The notes under the pieces: model-generated
Databases searched by the model: none
The model's input: the letters and a program-made list of their open reading frames with translations, nothing else
What the model was told of the DNA's origin: nothing
Assembly: GCA_046538485.1 (NCBI GenBank)
Contig: JBKHIT010000001.1
Span: 128,001 to 192,000, forward strand
Length of the DNA stretch: 64,000 nucleotides
Source of the DNA: Candidatus Brocadiia bacterium
GTDB lineage: Bacteria > Planctomycetota > Brocadiia > SM23-32
Reading direction: 5' to 3'
In this document: piece by piece, positions 8,901-19,455 of the stretch
Position numbering within the stretch: position 1 is the stretch's first letter
How the letters are laid out: the number at the start of each line of letters is the position of its first letter
Program-made: the position numbers and the translations under genes

Positions 8901-10124
8901 CTACGGGTTCTCCACCGGCGTCAGACTCGCCCCGGGGTAATAATGCAACAGAATATCTTCACAGGATTTGCCGTTTTCGGCCAATCCTCTTGCGCCCCAC
9001 TGGCATAAACCCACTCCATGGCCCCATCCGCGACCCGTAAAAGAAATATCATTCTTTCCGCTTTGGATATCAAAAATCGTGCTTTTGATTGTGTTTACTC
9101 CAACGGCCGATCGGAAGGTTTCTGCGGGCAACTTTCGGCTTTGATTGATAATAACGTTTTCAACACGTCCGCACCGGTCCGCACCGTCGGCACGAATCTG
9201 CTTAACTTGCGCCACTCCTCGTGAAGAAAGGGCAGCAATTATATCCGATCGTAAAAGGGTCGCCTGCCAGTGATAATGCGGGCTATTTTCGCATGTTCCA
9301 CAAGCCACGCCCTGAAGCGGTGGAATCTCCGGCTCACCAAAAACATCTTTAACCGACGACGTACACCCCCCACAGGTGCTGTGATAATAGCTCGGGGGCA
9401 AACGACCTTCCCATTTAAGCACCGTCCCACCTGTCATCTCGACGGACATATCGGTTCGGGGAGATTCAGCATTAAGACCTCTGTATGCCATATCGCTGGA
9501 ACGCAGATATGGCCGGCCTTGAAACTCAGTTCGATAAAGGGCAAAAGTTCGCGACGCCACGGCCTGCGCCATAAGTGCCTGCAGCGGCCAGTGACGGCCC
9601 ATCTCGCTGGGGACAACCGCGCGAATGTAATCCTCAAGCGCCACTTCCTCCGTGGCTTTCAGGTATTCTCCACTGGTTTCAATTATGAGTTCGCCCCGGT
9701 AATGGCGGTCCCCCAGCTGAAAAACGCTGTCTTCGGGAACAAATCGCACTTTGCTTGTGGGAGCGATTTCGCCGTCAACCTGCACCAGAAGATCGCTGAC
9801 CTGCACGTGAACCTCCCCTCCTGCGACCTGCTTTTCCCAGGTGTGAGACGGCTCTTCACGCCATAATCCACCCTCGGACGACCCAATTTGAAGCTCTGTT
9901 TCGGACGCCCGCAGCCTTACCTTGACTGTGCGCCCCGTTTTCATCGCCGGTGCCGGGGTCACAATAACCGGACGAGGTTCCTGGGTTTCCCGGGATCCAG
10001 GACAAAAAAGCACGATGCCTGCGCCGCCCCCCAAAAAAAGAACAAACAACCCGAAAATGCATAACTTCATACTCAGAGCGCGGTATATAGTTTTAGAAGA
10101 CCGTCGACTTTCCCGTTCAGCCAC
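8901..10124 (-). CDS. SpoIID/LytB domain protein (lytic transglycosylase-like)
   Basis: LEDYIRAVVPSEM, ALMAQAVASRTFAL, YHSTCGG, GRGWGHGVGLCQWGA, ILLHYYPG. Confidence 0.9.
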   Translation of the reverse strand: MAERESRRSSKTIYRALSMKLCIFGLFVLFLGGGAGIVLFCPGSRETQEPRPVIVTPAPAMKTGRTVKVRLRASETELQIGSSEGGLWREEPSHTWEKQVAGGEVHVQVSDLLVQVDGEIAPTSKVRFVPEDSVFQLGDRHYRGELIIETSGEYLKATEEVALEDYIRAVVPSEMGRHWPLQALMAQAVASRTFALYRTEFQGRPYLRSSDMAYRGLNAESPRTDMSVEMTGGTVLKWEGRLPPSYYHSTCGGCTSSVKDVFGEPEIPPLQGVACGTCENSPHYHWQATLLRSDIIAALSSRGVAQVKQIRADGADRCGRVENVIINQSRKLPAETFRSAVGVNTIKSTIFDIQSGKNDISFTGRGWGHGVGLCQWGARGLAENGKSCEDILLHYYPGASLTPVENP

Positions 10125-10689
10125 TCGACTGACCTCCGCTCCCGCGATAGATATGTTTTTTTGTGTTTATATACCGGTCGTATTCACTGAAAATGCAGCC
10201 GCAGTACTGTTGTAGATACAAATTCATTGATTTCCCATCATCGTGATTCGGTTCGGCCAGATGACGCCAATCCCGGTACAAAAAGGCAATATCTTCCTCG
10301 TCTGCACACGCTTCACCGATTTCTCTCACCATGTTATGTTTTTGATGTTCACTCGCCAGCAATGTCGTCGTAAACGCATCAAATCCTTCTCCTGCCGCCA
10401 TGCGAGCCGTTTTTATCAGCCGCATCCGGTAACAGCCGCGACATCGGTTTCCCCCTTCCCAATCCACCTCTTTCAGGAAAGTGCGGAGTCCGTAATCTTC
10501 CTCGAACTCGACTTCGACCGGCAACCGATCCTGTAGAACTTTAACAGCTTTCAGACGACGTCGGAACTCGATCAGTGGGTGGATGTTCGGGTTGTAAAAA
10601 TAGGCTTTTACCTCGTGGGCATCCTCTGTCAGAACCCGCCACGGTCCAATTGTGCAGGGTCCACAACAAATGTGAAGCAGAATGCGCAC
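10117..10689 (-). CDS. queH: Epoxyqueuosine reductase QueH
   Basis: LLHICCGPC, YNPNIHP, RCRGCY, QQYCGCIFS; clustered with tgt. Confidence 0.9.
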   Translation of the reverse strand: MRILLHICCGPCTIGPWRVLTEDAHEVKAYFYNPNIHPLIEFRRRLKAVKVLQDRLPVEVEFEEDYGLRTFLKEVDWEGGNRCRGCYRMRLIKTARMAAGEGFDAFTTTLLASEHQKHNMVREIGEACADEEDIAFLYRDWRHLAEPNHDDGKSMNLYLQQYCGCIFSEYDRYINTKKHIYRGSGGQSSG

Positions 10690-10878
10690 AGCTTATCTCC
10701 TGACAAAAAATGCGGATTGCTTTTCAGTATAAGGCATTATCAGACGGGGAAACGAGTGGGACACACGCTCAATCAGGCTGAATCCCCTGGAACTTCTCCG
10801 AGCCTCCCTATCGAAGAAGTCTTAAGCGATCATTACTGCTTTCCTCAACACGTGATCTTAATGTCCCTTTCCCGGGAT

Positions 10879-11928
10879 TCACCAGAGATTTTCCTGCGGG
10901 CCAGTATCGGGTGCTTCGCCGGGGTCCAGATCGAGGTAATCGTATCCGCGTGGCGTGAGTAAACGTCCACGGGAAGTCTTCTCGAGCAGGCCCAACCGAA
11001 TGAGAAACGGTTCGTAAACGTCCTGGATGGTTTCTTCCTGTTCCCCCACAACCACGGCGATGGTTTTTAGTCCGATGGGCTTCCCGGCATTCTGCGCGAC
11101 GGCCAGCAGTATCCGCCGGTCCATTTCACAGAGTCCACTCTGGTCAATACCAAGCCTTTCCAAACCCTCGCGCGCAACGTCTTTCGTAATCTTCTCTTTG
11201 CCCTGAGCATGCGCAACGTCACGCACGCGCCGCAGAAATCGGTTTGCGACCCGGGGGGTTCCTCGTGCGCATGAGGCCAGCAGAGTTGCTCCTGATTCGC
11301 TGATTTCAAGCTTTAATTTTTCAGCGCTCTTCAAGATAATATTTTTCAATTCTTCTTCTGGATAGTAATCAAGCCGTTCGGAGATCTGGAACCGTGATCG
11401 GAGCGGAGGTGAGAGCAGGCCCTCGCGTGTGGTCGCCCCGATAAGTGTAAAAGGTTTCAGTGGAAGTGAAATTGAGCGGCTGTGGGGCCCCGGGTCGATC
11501 ACAATGGATATTTTGTAATCTTCCATCGCCGTATAGAGATATTCTTCAACACGCGCATCCATGCGGTGAACTTCATCGATAAACAGCGCATCCGCTTTTT
11601 GAAGATTCGTCAGTATTCCGACCAGATCCCGGGGTTTGCTGAGCGCAGGTCCGCTCGTGGCACGAATAGAAACGCCCATTTCATTGGCGAGGATATAAGC
11701 GAGAGTGGTCTTCCCCAACCCCGGCGGACCGCTCAGAAGAACGTGATCAAGGCTTTCTTCTCGTGTTCTGGCCCCTTCGATCCACGTCTTGAGATTTTCA
11801 ACAACTCCTCCCTGTCCGACGAATTCCTTGAAACTCCCCGGCCGCAGGGATGGCTCCACAACGCGGTCTTCTTCCTGTGGATAGCCCGAGTATATTGCGT
11901 CTTCGTCCATACTCATCGGGTAGGGCAC
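10879..11928 (-). CDS. ruvB: Holliday junction branch migration helicase RuvB
   Basis: SLRP, GPPGLGKTTLA, FIDEVHR, LIGATTR, RGTPRVANR, YEPFL. Confidence 0.95.
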   Translation of the reverse strand: MPYPMSMDEDAIYSGYPQEEDRVVEPSLRPGSFKEFVGQGGVVENLKTWIEGARTREESLDHVLLSGPPGLGKTTLAYILANEMGVSIRATSGPALSKPRDLVGILTNLQKADALFIDEVHRMDARVEEYLYTAMEDYKISIVIDPGPHSRSISLPLKPFTLIGATTREGLLSPPLRSRFQISERLDYYPEEELKNIILKSAEKLKLEISESGATLLASCARGTPRVANRFLRRVRDVAHAQGKEKITKDVAREGLERLGIDQSGLCEMDRRILLAVAQNAGKPIGLKTIAVVVGEQEETIQDVYEPFLIRLGLLEKTSRGRLLTPRGYDYLDLDPGEAPDTGPQENLW

Positions 11929-11943
11929 AATCTCAATTAGGGT

Positions 11944-12522
11944 TTATTCGGCCAGCACCTCACGCATCAGCTCTTCTTCTCCGGCATCAGGCCCGAGTTT
12001 CTCGAGAGCATTTTCGACTATTTTGCGCGCGTTTTTTTCGCTTTCGCCCAGAGATATAAGGGCCTTCACAACATCCCCCGCTACGGGATTTGCGAGCAGT
12101 TGTTCCTGATCTTCGACCTCGGCCAATTCGCCTTTAAGTTCGAGCACGAGCCTCTGGGCCGTCTTCTTGCCCACCCCTTTCACCATGGAAGCAATCTGTT
12201 TAACATCGCCAGCGCCGATCAGAGATTTGAACTCTTCCACGGAGCAACTGCTGAGTACTTTGAGCGCTACTGAAGGTCCGATCCGCGTCACGTCGAGGAG
12301 GCGAACAAAAATCTGTCGTTCGGCTTCTGTGGCAAATCCGAACAGCTTCAATTGGTCTTCCCGCACGTACAGAAACGTAAAAAGCTGCACATTTTCGCCC
12401 GTCGCGGGCAAACCCGAAAAAGTCGAGATAGGCACATTTATGAGGAACCCAACTCCACCGACTTTAAGGGTAGCCTCGGTCGGGCTTTTCGAAGCAAGTG
12501 TCCCTTCCAGCGTATCAATCAT
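11944..12522 (-). CDS. ruvA: Holliday junction DNA-binding protein RuvA
   Basis: VGGVGF, YVREDQLKLFGF, KGVGKKTAQRLVLELKG. Confidence 0.95.
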   Translation of the reverse strand: MIDTLEGTLASKSPTEATLKVGGVGFLINVPISTFSGLPATGENVQLFTFLYVREDQLKLFGFATEAERQIFVRLLDVTRIGPSVALKVLSSCSVEEFKSLIGAGDVKQIASMVKGVGKKTAQRLVLELKGELAEVEDQEQLLANPVAGDVVKALISLGESEKNARKIVENALEKLGPDAGEEELMREVLAE

Positions 12523-12528
12523 ACCGAA

Positions 12529-13857
12529 CTATTCTTCACTCAAGGAAAGCCCGAGTTCGCTGAGTTTTGTTTTGATCTCTCCCACGCTGGTTCGACCAAA
12601 ATTTGGAGTTTCAAGCAGCTCTTCTTCCGTATGCTCCACCAGATCACCAACAGTCTCGATATTGAGCTTTTCCATACATTTGCGGCAACGAGTTGAAAGG
12701 CTTAAGAACTCCACCGGAGTATCCATTTTTTCCATCATTTCTTCCGTCTGCGTGTCAGCGCGGCCGGAATCTGCCTCTTCTGCATCGACCGTTTCTTCCC
12801 CGAGCGAGAGTCCGTGCCGCGACAACATATCTTTGATTTCCTGGAGACTTGTCTCGCCAAAATTCTTGAACTCCATCAATTCTTGTTCGGTTTTCCCTGC
12901 GAGGTCTTCAAGAGTCTCCGCTCCCAGTTTCTCCAGGACGTGCCGGCTTCTCGCGCTCAATTCGATATTCGAAACGGGGAGTTGCAGCAGATTCTCGTGC
13001 TTGCGCATACGGCGGCGCCGTTCTTCGTCGATGAACATATTCATGGAAGCCTCGGCATCCTTCAGGTACATACGCACTCGTTGGTGAGCTGGATCCATCG
13101 CGAGAACGCGCTTATAGCAATCGACCGCTTTGTCGAATTCCTGCCTGTCTTCATGAAGCACACCCAGATTGACCAGAGCGGCCACGAAAGTTGGTTTGAG
13201 GGAGGCGCACTTCTTATAAAGATCTATGGCTCTTTCGTCATCTCCGTTGAGGTCACAGTTAAGTGCGAGCCGAAACAAACTCTGGCGATGTTCTGGATCC
13301 CGCTCTATTGCTTCTTCATACCGTTCCATGGCCTCCCCATAATTCCCCTCTGTCTCCAGCGTTCGAGCAATACCATAAAGCCAGTCGGGGGCATCGTCGT
13401 GCGTCTCGCTGTACTTCTCACATAACTCTCGCGCCTTTTCGCTGTCGCGCTGATGACAATAAATATCCGTCAAAATCATATCCGTGACAAGATCATCATC
13501 GCCCTGTCTGCCCTTCTCCAGGAATTCGATGGCTTCCTCCATTCGGCCCAAAAGGCGGGCCACGCGCCCCAGAAAATGCGAGGCTGTTTTGCGAGTCTTT
13601 ATATCCTGTAGGTGATCGTAGGCTTTTTCGTTCTCACCAAGAGCATGAAAAACAATCCCGAGTTTCTCGTGAATGTCTCGTGCCTCGTCATCTGAAGCAT
13701 GCTCAAGCTCGGCAAGCAAACTTCTGGCCGCATCGTGAGTGGCATCAACCGTTTTAAAAGACTCGTAGATGCGCTCAAGCAACTCATCGTAGTTTTCACG
13801 ATTTATCGGTTGTTCCAAAAAATCTTCAGGCTGCATTTTTTCAGTGGTTTCAGGCAT
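12529..13857 (-). CDS. TPR-repeat protein with two RNA polymerase alpha C-terminal domains
   Basis: TPR helices followed by two alphaCTD-like repeats (LSARSRHVL...KNFGETSLQEI; LSTRCRKCM...PNFGRTSVGEI). Confidence 0.85.
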   Translation of the reverse strand: MPETTEKMQPEDFLEQPINRENYDELLERIYESFKTVDATHDAARSLLAELEHASDDEARDIHEKLGIVFHALGENEKAYDHLQDIKTRKTASHFLGRVARLLGRMEEAIEFLEKGRQGDDDLVTDMILTDIYCHQRDSEKARELCEKYSETHDDAPDWLYGIARTLETEGNYGEAMERYEEAIERDPEHRQSLFRLALNCDLNGDDERAIDLYKKCASLKPTFVAALVNLGVLHEDRQEFDKAVDCYKRVLAMDPAHQRVRMYLKDAEASMNMFIDEERRRRMRKHENLLQLPVSNIELSARSRHVLEKLGAETLEDLAGKTEQELMEFKNFGETSLQEIKDMLSRHGLSLGEETVDAEEADSGRADTQTEEMMEKMDTPVEFLSLSTRCRKCMEKLNIETVGDLVEHTEEELLETPNFGRTSVGEIKTKLSELGLSLSEE

Positions 13858-13981
13858 GTTCCCGGCCGGAAAAAGTGATGGAAAACACCAGGGCGAAAGT
13901 CGAGAGTATAATGAAGCGATTCCGTCCGAATCTGTTAGTTCACATTCAAAAATAAACCAGCTGAAACGCCCGCTTTACCCC

Positions 13982-14065
13982 TTACCTGGCGGGCAATTGG
14001 GACGATTCCGCCTTTTTACAGATCCAGCAAACAGGGAAATTGTCTCGTGAACATCGCTCGGGCAT
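13982..14065 (-). CDS. Putative 27-aa small protein upstream of the TPR-alphaCTD gene
   Basis: GAGGGAGT-ATG; MPERCSRDNFPVCWICKKAESSQLPAR*; downstream of a TTGACA-17-TAACTT promoter candidate. Confidence 0.3.
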   Translation of the reverse strand: MPERCSRDNFPVCWICKKAESSQLPAR

Positions 14066-14086
14066 ACTCCCTCTTGTAGTTTTTGG

Positions 14087-14130
14087 AAGTTAGCAGAAAG
14101 TTTGACGGCTGTCAAGCTATTTGCTATCGT
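14087..14130. promoter_or_regulatory. Overlapping divergent sigma70-type promoters (kdsA side and TPR-ruvAB side)
   Basis: TTGACGGCTGTCAA supplies -35 boxes on both strands: TTGACG-17-TATCGT (+) and TTGACA-17-TAACTT (-). Confidence 0.5.
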
Positions 14131-14200
14131 AAGCTTGTTTGATGTGGTCTTTATTCTGGCCGGTCAGGCGGACAAAAGGTAACCGGCTTAAGGGGTTGTA

Positions 14201-15025
14201 ATGAAAAGAGTTAGAATCACAGAAGAAATAGACGTTGGTGAGGGGTTTCCGCTGCTGATCATTGCCGGACCGTGCGCGATCGAATCAAGCGAGCTCTGTC
14301 TCCAAATTGCAACGAAAATGCGGGAGATTTGTGGCGAACTGCACCTGCCTTATGTGTTCAAATCGTCTTTTGACAAAGCCAACCGCACCAGCGCCAGCTC
14401 CTTTCGTGGACCCGGTATTGAAGAAGGATTGCGGGTACTTGAAGATGTCCAAACACAGCTCGATATACCGGTTCTCACCGATATTCATTCTCCCCCGCAG
14501 GCAGAAATAGCCGCCGAAGTGGTCGATTTGCTGCAGATACCGGCTTTCCTCTCCCGTCAGACGGATCTCTTGTTTGCCGCGGCCGAAACAGGTCTCCCTA
14601 TCAACGTGAAAAAAGGACAGTTCCTGGCTCCCGAAGATATGCAGCATGTGGTCAAAAAAATCACCGGACGGGGAAACTCCAAAGTGCTTCTGTGCGAACG
14701 AGGAACCTGTTTTGGATACCACAATCTCGTGGTGGATTTCCGCGGTATCCCAAGAATGCAGGAAATCGGGCAACCCGTCATATTTGACGCCACTCACTCA
14801 ACTCAAAGACCTGGCGGAGAAGGGGATAAAAGTGGTGGAAACCGTCAAATGGCTCCCGTGCTGGCCGCTGCTGCGGTCGCTGCCGGGGTGGACGGACTCT
14901 TCATTGAAACTCATCCCGACCCCGAAAAAGCTCTCTCCGACGCTTCCACTATGCTTCCGCTTGAATCAATGCCAGAGCTGCTGAGAAGAGCCCAAAAAAT
15001 CGCCGAGGTGACGACAAACGCCTGA
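14201..15025 (+). CDS. kdsA: 3-deoxy-8-phosphooctulonate (KDO8P) synthase
   Basis: IAGPCAIES, KSSFDKANRTS, QIPAFLSRQTDLL, NVKKGQF, FDATHS. Confidence 0.95.
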   Translation: MKRVRITEEIDVGEGFPLLIIAGPCAIESSELCLQIATKMREICGELHLPYVFKSSFDKANRTSASSFRGPGIEEGLRVLEDVQTQLDIPVLTDIHSPPQAEIAAEVVDLLQIPAFLSRQTDLLFAAAETGLPINVKKGQFLAPEDMQHVVKKITGRGNSKVLLCERGTCFGYHNLVVDFRGIPRMQEIGQPVIFDATHSTQRPGGEGDKSGGNRQMAPVLAAAAVAAGVDGLFIETHPDPEKALSDASTMLPLESMPELLRRAQKIAEVTTNA

Positions 15026-15120
15026 TATATCCGAAGCGGCATAGCCGCCTTCGGACCCCCTGCTGAAGCTTTTGCCATCCCCGAAAAAGAAAGCTTCAAA
15101 GATTCTTGAAAGGCATCAAG

Positions 15121-15735
15121 ATGGATCGAATCGGGATCTTTGGCGGATCTTTCAACCCTGTCCACGTGGGCCACTTGTTGCTGGCCGAACATGCGCGACA
15201 AGAAGCCGATCTGAATTCGGTTTTGTTCATCCCTGCTTGCCAGCCTCCCCATAAACGCACCGATCGCCTATTGCCAGCCCACCACAGATTGCAAATGTTG
15301 AAACTCGCGATAGCAGAAAATCCTTCTTTTGAAATCTCCACCCTTGAACTCGACCGCGAAGGGCCTTCCTACACACTCATCACTGTGCGAGAACTTAAAG
15401 CACATTACCCGGATAAAAAGCCGGTCCTCATTCTGGGCAGTGATAGCATTCTGGATCTTCCCAATTGGTGGCACGCGAAAGAACTGGTTCAAGAAATTGA
15501 ACTCCTTGGTATGAATCGTCCCGAACACACACTTGAAAACACAGAAAACCTGGCTGATCGCTTTGGCGAGGAAATAACCCGACAGCTTCGCGGTTGTATC
15601 ATTGAGGCCCCGCTCATCCAGATCTCTGCCACTGAAATCCGACACAGAATACAGCAAAATAAGTCAGTTCGATACATGGTTCCCGAACAAGTCCGGACCT
15701 ATATAGAACAACATCAGCTCTACGTGGAAACCTGA
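15121..15735 (+). CDS. nadD: Nicotinate-nucleotide adenylyltransferase
   Basis: GIFGGSFNPVHVGH, PPHK, SYT, ISATEIR. Confidence 0.95.
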   Translation: MDRIGIFGGSFNPVHVGHLLLAEHARQEADLNSVLFIPACQPPHKRTDRLLPAHHRLQMLKLAIAENPSFEISTLELDREGPSYTLITVRELKAHYPDKKPVLILGSDSILDLPNWWHAKELVQEIELLGMNRPEHTLENTENLADRFGEEITRQLRGCIIEAPLIQISATEIRHRIQQNKSVRYMVPEQVRTYIEQHQLYVET

Positions 15736-15747
15736 ACGTTAAATCGG

Positions 15748-15775
15748 TTGTCAGATTACATGCGTTCCCTATAAT
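15748..15775 (+). promoter_or_regulatory. Sigma70-type promoter of glyA
   Basis: TTGTCA-16 bp-TATAAT. Confidence 0.6.
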
Positions 15776-15818
15776 ATAAGTTCCTTGAAGTTGTGATTAT
15801 GGTTACGGAGATGCAAGT

Positions 15819-17078
15819 ATGGACGAGACCACGTGTCAGGACTCAGCTTTGAGCGCAACGGATGCGGCCATGGCAAGCGCCATCGATTCCGAAAGACAGC
15901 GGCAGCACGAACAGATTGAACTGATCGCCTCCGAGAACTACTGCAGTAAAGCCGTTCGTGAAGCGATGGGGTCAGTTCTAACAGATAAATACGCGGAGGG
16001 ATATCCGGGGGCGCGCTGGTACGGGGGATGCGAGTGGATGGACAAAGTCGAAAAACTCGCCATCGAAAGGGCGAAAAAACTCTTCGGCGCCGAGCACGCC
16101 AACGTCCAACCACATTCGGGAAGTCAGGCAAATATGGCCGTCTACATGGCCGCCGTGCGTCCGGGAACAAAAATACTTGGTATGTCGCTCGCGCACGGAG
16201 GGCACCTTACTCACGGCCATAAAAGCAACTTCAGCGGAGAACTCTATCAGTTTGTAAGCTACGGGGTCGATCGAAAAACCGGCATGATCGACTACGATGA
16301 AGTGCGACGAATCGCTGAAGAGAATAATCCCGGGCTCATCATCGCCGGAGCAAGCGCTTACAGCCGTGCCATAGATTACGAACAGTTCCGCGATATCGCC
16401 GACAAAGTCGGTGCTTTCCTCATGGTCGATATGGCACATATCGCCGGCCTGATCGCGGCAGATCTCCACCCCGATCCGGTCCCCCACGCCGATTTTGTCA
16501 GTTCCACAACACACAAAACGCTGCGCGGACCCCGGAGCGGGTTCATCCTGTGCAAAGAAGAACACGCTCGCCAGGTCGACGCCTCGGTATTCCCGGGAAT
16601 CCAGGGCGGACCCCTCATGCACGTCGTCGCCGCGAAAGGGGTCGGCTTTCTCGAAGCGATGAAACCCGAATTCAAAGAATACCAACAACAGTGTTTGCTC
16701 AACTCGCGCGCGATGGCTGAACACTTCATCGAACGGGGCGTCCCGCTTGTGAGCGGGGGAACTGATAACCATCTGATGCTCCTTGACCTGAGCAACCGGG
16801 ATATCACAGGGAAAGAAGTCACGGATACCCTCGCAATCGCCAATATCACAGTCAATAAAAATGCTATCCCCTTCGATCCGCGAAACCCGGCCGAAGCAAG
16901 CGGTATCAGAATCGGAACACCCGCTATCACGACGCGCGGGATGAAAGAAGATGAAGTCTGTCAGATAGCAGACTGGATCGTTGATATTCTTACCGCAAGC
17001 GACCCGGAAGCGACTGCCCGGAAAGTGCGTGGAAAAACCCAGGAACTTTCTGCCGCTTTCCCCATTCACGGTTTTTGA
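15819..17078 (+). CDS. glyA: Serine hydroxymethyltransferase
   Basis: [42 protein letters not shown]. Confidence 0.97.
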   Translation: MDETTCQDSALSATDAAMASAIDSERQRQHEQIELIASENYCSKAVREAMGSVLTDKYAEGYPGARWYGGCEWMDKVEKLAIERAKKLFGAEHANVQPHSGSQANMAVYMAAVRPGTKILGMSLAHGGHLTHGHKSNFSGELYQFVSYGVDRKTGMIDYDEVRRIAEENNPGLIIAGASAYSRAIDYEQFRDIADKVGAFLMVDMAHIAGLIAADLHPDPVPHADFVSSTTHKTLRGPRSGFILCKEEHARQVDASVFPGIQGGPLMHVVAAKGVGFLEAMKPEFKEYQQQCLLNSRAMAEHFIERGVPLVSGGTDNHLMLLDLSNRDITGKEVTDTLAIANITVNKNAIPFDPRNPAEASGIRIGTPAITTRGMKEDEVCQIADWIVDILTASDPEATARKVRGKTQELSAAFPIHGF

Positions 17079-17181
17079 AATACCCTTTCGTCAGCTCAGC
17101 CGTCGGGCAGCCCGATAATCCACCTTTAGCCAGTATCTCTCTCAGACGATGGCAGAACTGTCCCCCGAAAGGTGAAAAAAT

Positions 17182-18174
17182 ATGAACCAAAAACTGAATG
17201 TTGCATGTTTCGGAAACAATGGACACCAGATCCTCGGAAAACTTAAAGGCCATCCCAAAGCCAGACTGGCTGCTGTCGGCAAAATCTCACCCCAACAAGT
17301 CGAGAAAAACCTTGGTTCTGAAGCCGCGTCAACAGTAAAGTTCATCGACGATCTGGATTCGATTATCAACGACGAAGAGATCGACCTGATCTCCCTGTGC
17401 TCACCTCGGCGTGACCAGCAATGCGACCACGCAATCGAATGTTTGCTCGGTGGGAAACACGTGCTGGCCGAGAAACCGGCCGCTTTCACGATCTCCCAGC
17501 TTGACAAACTGCGCGCCGTAGCCGCAGAAAGCTCCACGCATTTCCGACAAATGGGATCCTGCGGAGAAGAGAAGATTCTCGTCGCCATCCGCGAACTCGT
17601 CGACTCCGGCGAGCTGGGAGAAATTGTTCACGTCTTCGCACAAAAGAGTTATCCCTACCACGATGGTCGACCGCAAGATCGCGGAATTGATGGTGGATTG
17701 ATCCGTCAGGCCGGGATCCACGGCGTCCGGTTCATCCAGTGGGCGACGGGGCTGCGGGCAACCCGGACCTCAGGAATTGATACAACAACCGGCAACCCCA
17801 AAAATGGCCGCCTGCAGATGGCTTCTTCCGTCTCGCTCGAACTTGAAAACGGGGCCGTCGCCTCACTCCTGTGTAATTACCTCAACCCCAACGGCATCGG
17901 CTATTGGGGTAACGACCAGCTGCGCGTATTCGGCACAAAAGGAATGGTGGAAGCAGTCGACGGATTCAACCGCTGCCGCATGATCCTGGGGGAACATGAT
18001 CCTCAACCCATACCGAACATCACGGATGAATTCCCGGATTTTTTCGACACCTATGTCGACTTCATCACCAGGGGGACTCCCATGCCCTATTCTCCGGACG
18101 ATGACCTGTATGCCCTCCAAACCGTGATCCGGAGCCAGGAAGCCGTCGATTCGGGAACCATCCTGGATATTTGA
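17182..18174 (+). CDS. Gfo/Idh/MocA family oxidoreductase
   Basis: GKHVLAEKP, GGLIRQAGIHGV. Confidence 0.85.
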   Translation: MNQKLNVACFGNNGHQILGKLKGHPKARLAAVGKISPQQVEKNLGSEAASTVKFIDDLDSIINDEEIDLISLCSPRRDQQCDHAIECLLGGKHVLAEKPAAFTISQLDKLRAVAAESSTHFRQMGSCGEEKILVAIRELVDSGELGEIVHVFAQKSYPYHDGRPQDRGIDGGLIRQAGIHGVRFIQWATGLRATRTSGIDTTTGNPKNGRLQMASSVSLELENGAVASLLCNYLNPNGIGYWGNDQLRVFGTKGMVEAVDGFNRCRMILGEHDPQPIPNITDEFPDFFDTYVDFITRGTPMPYSPDDDLYALQTVIRSQEAVDSGTILDI

Positions 18175-18207
18175 AGACACACCAAATTTATTTCCCGGCC
18201 CCACCCC

Positions 18208-19455
18208 TTAAAGAATGCCACTCAGATCAGCAACATAGACCCGCCGTGTACCATCGGCAAAACCGTTGAACGCAATCCGGCGATAATCCCGATCCCAGGC
18301 AGGATGCGGATCGACACGCAAAGCAGACTCCCCGCCCTGGTGTGAGGTCTCCGTACGAATTCGGATCAAATGTGTCTCCTCGCGTTTTCGCCGATCAATC
18401 CAGCGGATTGGAATCGTGCCATCGCCATACGCGACAGGCTCAGTGATGTATGAGTCGGTAAGAATATGGCGTCCGTCAGGATGAACCGTTGGATGACCGC
18501 CGCCCGGAGGATCGTCAAAAAGCTTCCTCACAAAAGACCCATCACACGCCGCCTCGCAGAATTTCATCCCGTCTCCGTCCATATTTAGATTGAACGAAAT
18601 CTTCTGTCCATCCGGGAAGAAATTGCTGTGATGTCCCCCTTTCTCCCAGTACTGCGCTGGAACGGCATCATGGATATCCGTACCATCGGGGCTAAGAGTC
18701 AGCACCTCGAAATGTGTCGGCCACATGGCAAATTCCTCATGCGGGGGCGTATGCCGCAACGAAAACATCAGCCGCTGCCCGTCCGGGGTGAATTTACTGT
18801 GAAAACCATAAGTTTCGCCTCGCTCGTATTCATCCATATCGATACGATCCGAACATGCTTCTACTGCCTCTCTGATCGAAATCACCATGTGCATCTCGCC
18901 GCTCTCGGTATCGGTCAGATACAACCCATCATCTTCCTTCAATCCCTGATTCCGCGCCACCAGTTCGTCCGGAATCATCACACCATATCCCGTTTGAGTC
19001 CTCCGCATGGTCGTCATATTGGCTGAAACGAGCCATTTACCATCAGGAGAGGCCTGATAAACGCATCCCTCCAGACGCTCCCGTTCCCCGCTGACCAGAT
19101 CGAATTTGACCGCAAATGGTTCCCACGTCTCCAGGTCTACGTCATTGTAAAACAGGGTCGAATCGTCGCCGCCCCAGTTCAAATTAGCCCCCATCTGCGG
19201 CTCCCACCCGCACGTTGTGTCAATCACGCGTTCTTCCCCATCTTCGAGATCTACCACCACGATTTCCCCCATGTCTCCGGGTTCCGGACAACGGTCTTCG
19301 AACGGCATACGGAACACCGCCACAGACCGTCCGGATGGACTAAAAGGCGAGGTGTCGAAAAACCGATGGATACAACGTCGCTCCTCAGGCGTGATGCACC
19401 AGACGGGAATTTTCGGATTGTAGTCTGTATATCGCGGGAAATCATCCAGGGCCAT
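18208..19455 (-). CDS. TolB-like beta-propeller protein (oligogalacturonate-lyase-like fold)
   Basis: Repeated SPSGR/SPDGK/TPDGQ/HPDGR blades and RVDPHPAW; start at ATG 19455 after AAGGAG. Confidence 0.65.
   Translation of the reverse strand: MALDDFPRYTDYNPKIPVWCITPEERRCIHRFFDTSPFSPSGRSVAVFRMPFEDRCPEPGDMGEIVVVDLEDGEERVIDTTCGWEPQMGANLNWGGDDSTLFYNDVDLETWEPFAVKFDLVSGERERLEGCVYQASPDGKWLVSANMTTMRRTQTGYGVMIPDELVARNQGLKEDDGLYLTDTESGEMHMVISIREAVEACSDRIDMDEYERGETYGFHSKFTPDGQRLMFSLRHTPPHEEFAMWPTHFEVLTLSPDGTDIHDAVPAQYWEKGGHHSNFFPDGQKISFNLNMDGDGMKFCEAACDGSFVRKLFDDPPGGGHPTVHPDGRHILTDSYITEPVAYGDGTIPIRWIDRRKREETHLIRIRTETSHQGGESALRVDPHPAWDRDYRRIAFNGFADGTRRVYVADLSGIL

Noticed and set aside
12529..13857. Calling this gene rpoA
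   Set aside because: It lacks the alpha N-terminal dimerisation domain and the ribosomal-operon context.
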